A stretch of 62,495 bases of DNA, filler included, from Choristocarpus tenellus KU-1152 (lineage: Eukaryota; Protista; Phaeophyceae), in NCBI GenBank assembly GCA_964200185.2. It is 10 parts of 10 records of this genome, joined end to end, with 100 filler letters (N's around TTAATTAATTAA, not from the genome) between each part and the next. Parts side by side here need not be neighbours in the genome. Positions count along the whole stretch, not along the records: positions 21,384 to 26,238 come from CAXNAD020012776.1; positions 26,339 to 30,303 come from CAXNAD020016898.1; positions 30,404 to 36,181 come from CAXNAD020009776.1; positions 36,282 to 44,864 come from CAXNAD020004563.1; 6 more parts are not named here. The stretch is one strand, 5' to 3'. The notes under the pieces are model-generated. The model saw nothing but the letters and a program-made list of their open reading frames with translations, ran no database searches and was not told the origin of the DNA. Position 1 is the stretch's first letter. The number at the start of each line of letters is the position of its first letter. Below are positions 24,869-36,652 of this stretch, piece after piece. The position numbers and the translations under genes are program-made.

Positions 24869-25719
24869 CAAGTGAAATGTTTGTCTGGTCAAACTAGTCA
24901 GGGTTGTAAAAATGGTTTCAGTTCACAAAAAAAAATTGAACCATTGCAATTACATTGATTCTACACCAACGGTTATACCAGATTAAAAAGCTCCCTCAAA
25001 AACAAATAAAATTTGAGAGATGATGTAGGTTGCTGTTCAAGAACCTGGGCAGTTGCACTCACTCACACTGTTCACCATCACGTGAAATAGTAAAAAACGG
25101 TGTAGTCTAAGGTACATTATTGTCCGACTGTACAAAAAGTGAACAAAGGAATGGCAAACTCAGTGTATATACTGTCAGGTGCACTCCCACGACACTGTAC
25201 CCAAAAGGTTTACATGGTGGAAAGGAATGGGTAGTATATGATATGAAATGAGGTTGTGCGATCTGACCTCTTCCTATGCACTGTTCGGTGAAGGATCCCT
25301 CGCAGGCTCTTAGACGGCGTCGCAGTGGAGAAGGGGTAACCACCTGATACATACCTTCAGACTCCGTATGCGCATATATCAATAAACGGACATACATACA
25401 TGTAGGTGCTAATTCACACCCAATGTTTCTCGGCGCGACCAGAGATTCTTTACGGGATCTGACTTCTCGCATGGGAGAGAATGAATCTTCAAAGAAAAAC
25501 ACCCAAGGGTTTCCTGCAGAACCATCTGTCAACAACGGAAGTCATCTTGAAGAAATGTACTTGTTTTGACAAAAAAAAGAAGGATATATCACCTCCCGGC
25601 AGCCAGAGGTGCAACCAGCAGTATTGAATCCTCAACGAGCCCCAAAGATAACAACAAAAGCTTAGTTCACTCCTTTTCATTGCTATTATAACACACCTTT
25701 CCTAATAACAGCCACCTAC

Positions 25720-25851
25720 CTTCCTATTGGGGTCAGGGGTGCCGATCCTCCAGGCAATAGCAAACCATTAACACCTTGCAACACGTGTTTCAAGATAGAT
25801 GGAGTGGTGTCGTAGGGAATAGGCAAAGAACGTGCTCCAGCACTCTCCAGC
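25720..25851 (-). CDS. GGH: Internal exon of gamma-glutamyl hydrolase (peptidase C26)
   Basis: (W)LESAGARSLPIPYDTTPSILKHVLQGVNGLLLPGGSAP matches YVKWLESAGARV.PI...INGLLFPGG. AAG acceptor and GTAGGT donor. No neighbouring exons recognised on this contig. Confidence 0.85.
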
Positions 25852-26217
25852 CTTTTGTGGTTTAAGTATTCAAGGAGTTGGGATGAAGATTTTTCATTGT
25901 TCATTTTGAGTGAGTTGAAATAGGAGAGGGTTAAGTTAAATCCTGTTGTAGTAGTAGGAGTTCAACCTTTCATTTTGGGCATGTAAGGCGAACATTGTGA
26001 TGTGTAAACGGTTTCCGAAACCCAACCACCCCCAGAAAAACAGACTATTTCCTACAGATAAAGAATTCAAAAGGAAGTTCCAGCCATCGGTTCCCCTCAC
26101 ACAGCAGTGTAGTTGGTGGGAATGAGCGAAAGAAAATGTGAAAACAGGGTGTGGTAGTTGTTATCACTAATCATTAACATTACTTACTGATGAAGGGTGA
26201 GGGGTAAGGGGAATAGA

Positions 26218-26361
26218 GGCTCAAAGTATCTGGGAGGGNNNNNNNNNNNNNNNNNNNNNNNNNNNNNNNNNNNNNNNNNNNNTTAATTAATTAANNNNNN
26301 NNNNNNNNNNNNNNNNNNNNNNNNNNNNNNNNNNNNNNCCCCCCCCAAGATACTTTGGGTC
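26218..26361. mobile_element. Two MITE family B termini on either side of a linker (26218-26238 and 26339-26361)
   Basis: GGCTCAAAGTATCTGGGAGGG and CCCCAAGATACTTTGGGTC. The flanks do not form a TSD, so these are probably different copies. Confidence 0.75.
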
Positions 26362-26828
26362 ATAGGTAAGATGTAGTGATACCAGTTCCCCAACAAGCAG
26401 TGCATGCTTCTTCGTAGAACAAAATAATCACGCAATCGGTGTGTTCCTTCTTGAGGGAACACAGTCAGTTTGGAACCACCATTTTGAACTGGAGCTGAGC
26501 TAGCAGTCCCCTTTCGGGACCTCTTCACAGCACGTCCCAGGGCTCTACACACATAACACTCTCATAACACTTCTGTAACACACGCGGTTGTTACAACTGA
26601 AAAAAAAGAAACAGTTATTACTTAATAATAATAATTTCGCAGTCGCTGTTCAAAAAAAATGGCAATGGCTATTGAATGGTCAATATTATTATTGTTATTA
26701 TTATTATAACGCAACCCTACCGTTGGAAAAAAAAAAATCTTCAACCGACTTTTGTTGGCAACTGTGCAGACATTAGAAAAACAGTGCATATTCGTAATAA
26801 ATTCCATAACTATACCACGGTGACCATG

Positions 26829-27016
26829 GGCTCAAAGTACCTGGGGGGGGGAGGCTGTCCATTCGGGGTTCATTTTTCCATGTCACAATTTTTGGGTGAT
26901 TTGGTTCCATGTATCGAATTAATAATGTACGTGCACCTTTCCTGGTCAGGGCCCAAATGGACACCCTGGTGTAGACCCCCCCCCCCCCCCCCCCCCCCCC
27001 CCAGAGACTTTGAGCC
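26829..27016. mobile_element. MITE family B, full copy
   Basis: GGCTCAAAGTACCTGGGG...CCCCAGAGACTTTGAGCC; 3-bp TSD ATG; subterminal GTCCATT/AAATGGAC. Confidence 0.9.
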
Positions 27017-29049
27017 ATGGGGTAGTATTCACCCATCTGAACCCCACTCTCCGGATAGTATTCTAGTGCAAGGACCACACTGTCCAGTTCTCCAGAAACC
27101 CTAACCCTAATAGCACCACAACTGTACCATCCAGCGGTAACATGGATCATAAAAGTACAGAAGAGCAAATACGGCATCTGTGTCTTCATTGCACTAGTAG
27201 TGCAAGTGGTGGCGAGTCTTCAATCTCCAACTTGTTTACATTTATAGACTGTTTGCATTTATAGACTGCACCACAAACTGGTTGCATTGGTGCTCAACAG
27301 AGGAACTGTATGTTGGCATGACGAGCTAGACATAATGGAAGTAGACCCTCTTTATTAACGCTTAGGTAGAAATAAGGCTACACTACTGAACTATACCGAT
27401 GCTATCGACAAAGGATTGTACGTAAGAATGATATGTTGGGGCGTTAGGGTTATGGATGAGGTTGAACATCATTTACCAATGCATCATGGTCCACTTTAAG
27501 TCAAGAGCTCAACGCAGTATTGGCAGTGGATTTACAACTGGGGATGGTGCAGCACCATTTCAAGAGGGGCAGGTAGGGTTCACAGCATGAAAAACGACAC
27601 TGACAATAGAACGACTGTACATGGTGCTTGGCATAACAATGCATTTGTCTTGTAAGAAATCTCCTTCTACCCCGCCCCATCAATCTTGCCAATAATGAAC
27701 AACCCAAGGGTTTAGATGTTTATGTCAGGTTTGGGTTGTGTAGTGCCTTAGATCTTAACTCAATAGTTGTTCACTTGTTGCCACACCCGAGGGAGTAGAA
27801 CGATCAAGATTAGAATCGGGGGATAGGCCTTCTAGAGTTTGATTGTATACAGGTATCAGGGTCATGTTAGCAGTAGTGATAAAGTGATTTGGTAAGGGCA
27901 GAGTGTTGAGTTGCTAAGGCTGTGGTTGTGATAAGAATTACCAAGGATACAACTGATCAAGGTCCAAAAAGGGCCAAGTTGGAAAGTACAAGACATATAC
28001 AGATAAGCACAAGTACCGGTATAACTATTCTCTGTATGTACATATATATATTCAAAGTGCTCACACATGTACTACATGCAATAAGGTACTTGAGTCATAG
28101 ATTGTGGTTATTAGAATTTACAGAGGTGTATACATTTATTTCATTTCACATGCATGTGTGTACACATACAGGGGTTGGGTTAGGGATTGTGAAAAACGCA
28201 CACACACAACAGTGAAATAAAGTACTGCACTGAAGAATTTAATTTCCCTTTCATATTTTTCTGGAGAACCCAGCACCGTGATAGTACCCTTTCTTGTCCA
28301 AGACCCTTAAATCTCCTTGACGCAAATGATTACGAGGCTAACAGAAAAATAATATACTACAGCAGTGCATAATATTACCGATAATTAGGAGTTATAGTAA
28401 TAAAGACTACACCCACATGTTCATTCTTCCATCCTTCTATCCAACCAAGCACACTACAGACGTACGGTCGTATGTTACCTGTCGAGAAGGGTTTCCTGGC
28501 GACGGCTTCAGCAGCTCTGGAGTATTCATAAGATCGCCGCTCCGACCTACCGCACCCCCCCCTGTACTCGGACCCATATAAGTCAGCGGCACCCGAGGTC
28601 CAGGCTTCATCAGCGGCATCCGAGTAGTGTAGGGGGAGTCAGTCACGACCCCATCACGGTTCTTCACGAGAACAGGTACAGTGGGAGATAAAATATTCAA
28701 TGGCATCAGGCGCAGAAGAAGAGCATGCAAATGAAGGATTGGGAATAGGGATGGAGAAAGGTTAGTCGGGCGAGGGAAAAATGGAGCGGGCGCCATGTGA
28801 TGGACAGGATAGGTTGCAGATCGGGTTGAAGGATGAGAAGTCATACACCACGCAATCAATTTCTCTTGTTATTGCAGAGTATGCATCACACGGACAAGGG
28901 CAAAATATCGAGAACTGTTGGTCCTATCTGAGTCCAGCACATCACATGCATCGATGGCAAAGGGTCCTATCTCATAGTGTAGAACACCTAAGTCAAGTGT
29001 CAGGAAGTGCTAGCAAGCGACCATCCACACACACACATGGTGGCGCTCA

Positions 29050-29760
29050 AAGCAAATACTATTTAGAATGTAGAGGCAGCTCCAGGCTAGCGTTGGTCGA
29101 GAAGACAACGAATTGCTGAAACGGAATCAAGCAGTACGCGATGATGATATCATTGACGTGAGAATATCCAAGGTGAACCTTTCTTTCGGGGAGATCGAAC
29201 GTAGGTATCCGATTGTTGAATGAGGTCCTGATAAGAGTATCTACAGGCTGATATTGCTTGAAAGTCGATATGCGATACCTGAAGCAACGAGGACAAATTG
29301 GCAGGAGGAATAGGAGGACCTCCGTGCAACATTTCATGTCCAACTACATGGCCAACGCCATTGGGGTACAGAACTCACAGACTACCAGGGAAGATTAGTT
29401 TAGCGCATGAGCCAAAGAGCAAAGTCAGTTGGAACGCTGCAGCACACTGTGTGAGAGATCAGTCGCCAAGGGAGTAATCTAGAGCGAATTATCAAGATCT
29501 CTCACCTCTATATCACCCCTTCCACCGATGCTGTTGGAGCGTTGCGGATAAGGCATATTATGTCAGATCTCCCCGCCCACTGAGATCACTACTGACAGAA
29601 AAATGGCAACAGTCGGTAGTCCTCAAGTGCTTCTCAGCCACTGCCCACCGTGGTACTCAGCGTTGTCAGGGTGTACTTGTACAACCGACTGCAACAATGT
29701 GATGAATGGAGACAATGACTTGGTGATATCCACAACAATTATGAAGGTGAAACGGTAGGT
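29050..29760 (-). mobile_element. Decayed Copia integrase remnant
   Basis: PYPQRSNSIGGR (cf. PYTPQQNGxAER) and KVHLGYSH...AYCLIP..FVVFSTN (integrase C-terminal GYS...AY...SRNV pattern). Confidence 0.5.
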
Positions 29761-30236
29761 GTTGCATACATTAGTGGTATGCATAACATTTAGAGAGGAG
29801 TGAGTCCTTGTAAAAATGGGTTGGCTTTTTCCTCCATACATCTCAAAATATCTAACACATAATATATTTATTTATATTTATTTTATTATAATATCCTCTA
29901 ACATTTTACACGTACTGTACAGTATATCGATTTTAAAAAAATGAAAAACGTACACTTAAGTGTTAGTGTGAAAAATTGTAGTTTCAATTGTCCCTCTATT
30001 TGTAACGCTAATGTTATCAACATACATATATCTCATCTAATGTTACCGGAAATTCATCCACAACAATGGTATACCTTCTGTACTCAATCCGTTTTTGGTT
30101 CTTTGTGGTCTACTAATAAGCACGTCTGGAAAATGTCAGACGGCATTATAATATATAATAAACTAATAGTGTTGTGTAATGCGAACAGCCTAATGGTCGC
30201 ATGTCTGGAATATGGAAGTATATACGTGTAACATTG

Positions 30237-30303
30237 AACAGCCGATTTCAAAAATTGAGGATGGAGCTTTTCATTGAGGATGGGCTTGACCCAAAATTGA
30301 CTG
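30237..30303 (+). mobile_element. Terminus of high-copy repeat family D
   Basis: AACAGCCGATTTCAAAAATTGAGGATGGAGCTTTTCATTGAGGATGGGCTTGACCCAAAATTGAC is near-identical at 52991-53055 and inverted at 58255-58324. Confidence 0.85.
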
Positions 30304-30403
30304 NNNNNNNNNNNNNNNNNNNNNNNNNNNNNNNNNNNNNNNNNNNNTTAATTAATTAANNNNNNNNNNNNNNNNNNNNNNNNNNNNNNNNNNNNNNNNN
30401 NNN

Positions 30404-33400
30404 GGTCATGTTTCAGCCGCACTTGTTCTGGGGGGTGTTGATTCCACAGGCCCCCACCTCCACAATATCTTCCCACATGGGAGTTCCTCTAAGCAGCCCT
30501 ACCTCTCAATGGGTTCTGGATCACTGGCAGCCATATCGGTGAGTGGCAAACTGTATTCTTACTGTATAACAAATTTAGTTTGGTAGTTTATTGTTAATGA
30601 TGCTCCAGTCTCTACAATCCAATCATGCTCTGCATACAGTAGTGGGTTCTTGTTTATCTGGGTCAAGGTTTGTCTTAGGTACCCTCTTGGGCAATTCTCT
30701 CCCTTTGTCGGACTGTTGTTTACAACTTCAAACCTGAATCTATCATGTGAATTGCGCAGTGCATGTAAGATTGCCTCTCTATTTTTGCTAGAGACAGGAT
30801 TTCTGCTCTTTTTTTTTTCATTGTCCTTGATGGTTTGGGGTTGTTATTGTTTGCACTCTTGCTAAAGTTAAGTTTACTTTCTGTTTCATTGTGTCTTGAT
30901 TAGCTGGTGCCTTTGTAATGCGCAGAGCAAGCTGTTTGCTTGACTGTTCAAGTCATGGGGTCATGGAGAGTGAGGAATACTGTATATTTTATGTAGTACC
31001 ATCAGTTATCTCTTTGATACATTCGCTGGAGTGATCACAACTGCAATATGTATATATGTTCCCAATTCAGTGAAAACTACCTGTTGATCCGAAGTACTTT
31101 CAACAGTGTGGCACAATGTTACATCACTGTTGTGCACCACGCGATCATTTTCTTGGAATCAAATGATTCATGGATATGTTTTTGGCACAATTTGCTGTAA
31201 ATTCCATGCAGATGCATTTCACTCAAGGGTTTTTTTTAGGAGGAACGAAAGGAATGTAATATACTTTACAATGCCAACGTGTTGTTGTCTGCTTTATTTT
31301 CCTGAATGAGGAAAATTTGGTTCATATGCAGAGGATCAGAATGCATGATGTAAAATAACTCTCCATTTCCGCATACCCACCAGCCCTGAGAGGGAGGTTG
31401 GTTTTTGTGGGCATTCAACAGAAACATTATTTTTTTAATGTGAGTCCCTGATTTGTTGTTGATGGTGCAATGAAGATGTAACAAGATACAAGGTTCCTTT
31501 GGATTTTATTTCCAATATTTAAGATCCATTGCCTTCCCTATTCCATGAGGCCATCATACAACTGTCCCTTTCCCCCTTGTTTCAATCCGAATTTCCCCTC
31601 TTCGCTAGGTTCTGGAGTCCAATTTCAAGGTTGATATGGAAGAGGAGGAGGCTGTTTCACTGGTGAACAAAGCTATACTGGCAGGAATCTTCAATGACCT
31701 TTGTTCAGGGAATAATGTGGACATTACTATAATCAGAGCTAATGGAGAGGTTGTCAGGTAGGGGGGGGAACCACCAGCTACAGGAGATTCCAATACCCTC
31801 AATTATCAGTAGAGAACCATGATGCAGAAGAAGTAGAATACCTGATGTGTTGCCAATGCACATCTTCATCAATTGAAGGTCTTCTGTTTCAATGATAACT
31901 GTTTCTACCACGATGGTAAATCAGACTGGATCAACCATTAACAGGATTGGCTATCGTAGTGCCAATCCAAAATGCTACCAATTATTAATATTCATGTACA
32001 CATACACAGCACATGTTTATCTGTGTGTAGAATTTTTCTCTGCTGCAAGATGTGTATGTGTCTATTGAATTATAATACCTTGCATCTAGATGTGTAAAGC
32101 TTACCCAGAGGACAGGGAAATATGTCCTATTTTTAGGGACCGGGGGTGGTGGCATGAGAAGTGGCCAAGGGTACAGTTGGAGGGGGGAATGGAAAGAAGG
32201 CAAAATCATGTAATATAAGGGTAGGGATATATTGGAAGCTGGGTGCATTCACGGGCTGGAATGGTAAGAGGTCATGGGAGAAGTGAAAGAGAACAAAAGG
32301 GGGAAGGACTATTGAATGCTTCAGCATGGAAGAGGGATCGGGAGGTTAGAGGCTTAGGAAGAGTAGGGTTTAACTGGTGTTGAGACATGGGGAGTTGAGA
32401 GGGGATGTGGCAGGGTTGGGAAGAGGAGATAAGGGGACAAAGGAAACACTGATAATAACTAATGGAAGACAATTGGGTGGGGAAGGGTGCAGGGGATGGA
32501 AGAGAAGGGAAAGGAAGTACTGATAGTACAATGGAGGGCTGTAGGGGGGTAAGAAGACAAATGGAATGGAGATGGGAAAGAGGATGAGGCAAAATATGAA
32601 AATAAAAAATGGAAGAAGAGTTGGAGGGTGAGGGGACAGGGCTGAGAAATGAGGGGAAATAATAGGGAGACAGGGAAGGTATAGTGCCTGGGAAGGATGG
32701 GAATGGAAGGCCGGGAGGAGGGATGAAGGAATGCTAATTGTTGCTAGGAGTGGAAATGGGAATGGGTTGTAGGGATATGGAGGGGAGTGGGGGTGAGGAA
32801 GTATGTATGGCAGGGGCAAAGGGAGGACTGAAAGTGTCCAAGGGGAAGGAAGAACATATTTTGTTGCTTGCTGGGGAAGGAATTGGTATGGTCAGTATGC
32901 TGACATCTAGGGGGGGTATCACAATGATTTTGAGCTTTGGTACGAAATGTGTGTAACATCAATTGGTTTCAAAGTTCAAACTCACTTTAAGTAACATCTG
33001 AGGTGTTGATGCATGCAAAGTTGTGCTTTGGTGCATCTTCATGTTGCATTGAGGCTCTTGGTGTTTTTGCTGTTGTGATACCCACCCCTACCGCTACCTT
33101 GTTTGTTTGTCCATATGTTCTGTATCGCTGGTCTTACCCTCACTAGTCACCGTGGATATGAGACTCTGAACAATGTGGAGGAGGTGAGGTCAACGATGAA
33201 GCGCCCACTAACTGTAAAGGTGAGCAGTTGTGGATTGATACTTCTTCATACAGAGTTTGCCTTTTGTGAGGTATTATTTGAGGATGATTTCTCCTTCAGG
33301 GTTGAGGAAAACCTGTGTGACAGTACAGAAAGTGTCTTTTGTTATGAAGAGGGTGGGGGACTGGAGGGAACATGTGTACAATTTTGTTATTGTTTTACTT

Positions 33401-34148
33401 TGGAGAGGGTAGAAGGGGTTGTGGCATATTTGTCTTTTGACAGGGGTGGTGCTGGTTTTATCTCTTTTTTTGAGAGGTGGTATCTAGACTGATGGACTAA
33501 TTTAATATGAATTGAACGATTTTAATTGTTTTGGGTTGTCATCTTTTGACTCATGTTCATACCTACATGCACAGATGATTTTGGATTGTTCTGTTATCGT
33601 GTTTGAGAGGGGTTTGATTCATTTTTTTAGTACCGCAGGGTTGTTCAAACAGGTCAAGACTTTGTGTTCGAGGTATATCATTGTGGGTTGTGGATACACG
33701 ATTTTGGCAACATCAAGTAGAGTATACCTTTCATTTTGGGGTGTGTAGTATGGGACTGTTCTAGTGGACTGTAAGTTCAATTTTTATGCCAAATAGAGGT
33801 TGCGAGAGGGCAGTGCTTCAAGAGACATCTACAAGAGTACAACAGTTGATGTGCTGCGTTAAGAATGTGGATTAATTGGATGTGTGACCTCAATGTTCAT
33901 CTTGGAATTGTTCTTGGGGAGTCTTCTGCTTCATTTTGAATACTTGGTGTTGGGATATAATTGAAGCCCGCATCCTGGCTTGAACAACCTGACTAGACCT
34001 GAACGATATCCACATCTGTTTTTTTTTCTCTTCTCTCTGTTTGGATGTTCAGGTGCCAAAAGGAGCTACAGAGGTGCTGACATCACGCTTTACACCACTT
34101 TCCTCCCTGGTCACTGTGTCTGACGCCCCAGCACCCATGGAGCTTTAA
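30404..34148 (+). CDS. PSMB7: 20S proteasome subunit beta-2 (PSMB7/PUP1), 5'-partial; exons 30404-30538, 31609-31757, 33147-33219, 34053-34148
   Basis: [19 protein letters not shown]...[25 protein letters not shown] and a beta-2-type C-terminal tail VPKGATEVL...MEL*. All introns are GT-AG with consistent phases (0, 2, 0). Confidence 0.93.
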
Positions 34149-35504
34149 GCCTACAGAGACTTGATTAGGAGCATGTCAGAGGTAGAGATTGGCTTTGTTT
34201 ATTGCCCAGGGAATTGCAATGCAAGGAGTCATAGAATTAATGTAAAAGGGGTTCGTTGATTGTCAGGCTGTGATCATTGGGGTGAGGTTTTAACATGAGG
34301 CCTTCAAGGGTGATGGCAATATCTGTGATGTTGCAGAAAAACAGCATTGCATTGACTCGATGTAACCTTCAGATTGTCCTGTTGTATTGTTGATGTTGGC
34401 TTTGTATCGTTTACCCTGCCCCAATTATCCTGGCTCAGCTTGTTGGGGAAGGAACAAGGATACTGCATGGGGGGGTAAAAGAGGAATGCCTAGGATGAAA
34501 TTTAGGGGAGATGCAAATGGTGCAGCTTTTCAGGTTGTCTGTGAAGATTGATTAATGGCTAGCTTTGCATAATTTGCAGGGATATCTTGAGCCGGTATTG
34601 TATGGTTGCGATGCCTACTTAATACATAACTGCACACAATGATGCTGGAAATAAGTATCCCTGAACCAAAGTTCTCAAGTTGGTAAGAGCTTGTTATTGT
34701 GCATGAAGGGTAGTGGATGAGATGAGACCCCTTCAATCACAAACAACAAATAGTCTTGACAATTAAATGTAAATCAACTCATTTGTTTCAGTTTTCTACT
34801 GAAGAATTGACAATGCACCTGATAGCCAGAGTGCAAAAAGGAACTACTGCAGGTAACTTCTAATGCATGGTGTAATTTCAGGTAAGAGAAGGGATAATGT
34901 TGTGACAGCTCAATGCAAAATAATAGTGCAGCACTGGCAGCTTCGTATTTAGGTTGGTAGCTCAGGATTATGGTGTATCAACGCATATACTATCCCTTGC
35001 ACCAACCAGTAAAAAACATGCCCTGCAGATCTATTTCTGGTTTGGAGGTCACACAGTGCACAAAGGAAGAATAGATGGAGATTAGCTTTTCGATTGAGCT
35101 CTGGACAACAGCTTTGAGGGGCATACATCAACAGGGTGCATTCCCATCAATCAATTCCACCCCAACTTGGTGTGGTTCCTGCCACAATGGCATTTTCAGG
35201 GTGGCAGTGATTATCTTATCTTCACTTTGGCCTGGTGACTGTCCTTGCCTATGGGCATAGTCACTACTGTTAGACTACAAGTAATTGCAGTGCCTCTGGT
35301 CACACCCAGGTTTCATGTTTTGGGGTCAGATCTTGCGTAGTACTACCCTTGGTATCACTTCATAATGAAGCCTTGCCACTTTGTTTCAGTTTACTCTATA
35401 TTTCTCTGCTATGATATTGAAATAGGATCATAGCACAGATAGGTGTACGGCACATCGTGCTTACTACATGGACGTTGGCTCACTGAAACCGGATACCCTA
35501 AATG

Positions 35505-35605
35505 AAGACTGGCATCAAATGGGTTCAAACCTGTGCATCCCTATGAAGTAACATTATTGGGTTCAGTACTCACACAATTTATCACTCTGACTATACCCTT
35601 GCATC
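35505..35605 (-). other. Possible decayed tRNA-derived SINE head
   Basis: Minus strand has A-box-like TAGTCAGAGTG and B-box-like GGTTTGAACCC with long-variable-arm spacing. No intact cloverleaf. Confidence 0.3.
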
Positions 35606-36081
35606 TTCTCTTGTGTCGAACTTCCTAGATCTCAGTCTCAATTTTTGTGGTGCACCGACAGACAGGATAGTACTGGGGTCCAATCCATTGTCCTTGCCAC
35701 CTGGAATTAAATATTGGGAAACATATTTCGTCAAGATTATGCTTGACCATTTGTGAGAATATGATTTGAAGTATTATTTTATGTACGCACAGACGATAAT
35801 GCGGGATTTAGGGTTATAGGGTATTTCACCAGAAGTAATCAGCGGACTGTTAGAGTCAGAGTGTTTCTAACGTGTACTATATAACCGTTGAGTCATTTGA
35901 TATGTAAGGATTGGTGAGCCCCACCTAGTGATGGTATCTCACTCTCTTCTCAACTGTGATACAAGCTATATAATAAACACTAATTTTGTTTTGCTCACGA
36001 ATTCTGGATTATTATTATTCTTTTATTTTCTATTTTTGCATTCCTCCCTAATCCTCTCCTCTCCCTATTCTAACCCCCCTT

Positions 36082-36181
36082 GTGATCAACCAGGGCAAAA
36101 CCCCTTTGCCACTGATTTCCAGCCACCCCAACTCTGATGACCAACCAGGGCAAAACCCCTTTGCCCCTGATTTCCAGCCAC
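36082..36181. repeat. ~55-bp minisatellite running into the contig end
   Basis: CAACCAGGGCAAAACCCCTTTGCC(A/C)CTGATTTCCAGCCAC repeated twice. Confidence 0.85.
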
Positions 36182-36652
36182 NNNNNNNNNNNNNNNNNNN
36201 NNNNNNNNNNNNNNNNNNNNNNNNNTTAATTAATTAANNNNNNNNNNNNNNNNNNNNNNNNNNNNNNNNNNNNNNNNNNNNCTAATTACTACAAAACCGA
36301 TATCGCACCATATAAATTCTGTGCCGCTTTTTTTTTTTTTTTTCATGGATGCACAAAATGGGGGTAGGTACTGTACTACTTTGTGTACTACATACAATTA
36401 ACAATAATACTAGAATACTTTGAAGTATGAAACTGTCGACAAAGCAACTTCAGTCACCAAAGATTGTTGTTGTTATGTAGAGGTGAATAACAGACAGAAA
36501 ACACACTCTAAGTGAGGTGAAGCGAACAACCCCTCTCACAAAATATCAATTTGGCATACAGCAACAATCCAACAGTAGTAGTAGTAGCAGCAGGAGGAGC
36601 AGTAGTAGTAGTAGTAGTAATAGTTAACTTCCGTCCATTTCTAACACTAGAA

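Noticed and set aside
26218-26361. Contigs 4 and 5 might be adjacent through one MITE
   Set aside because: Flanks (TAGA vs ATAG) do not form a 3- or 4-bp TSD.
26500-26535. Minus-strand GTGAAGAGGTCCCGAAAGGGGAC hairpin
   Set aside because: The core C of CUGANGA is missing and flanking helices do not form; at most a GNRA-type hairpin.
32100-32960. Several Pro/Leu/Ser-rich minus-strand ORFs
   Set aside because: By-product of a purine-skewed low-complexity stretch in a proteasome intron; no domain motifs.
34740-35400. Possible third mini-intron relic (29-bp GTAAC...TTCAG segment)
   Set aside because: Only one or two splice-like segments and no interpretable peptide; too weak to call.
36130-36160. 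CTGATGA in a tandem repeat, suggestive of a retrozyme
   Set aside because: Lacks GAAA and stems I/III; the 55-bp unit is a plain minisatellite.
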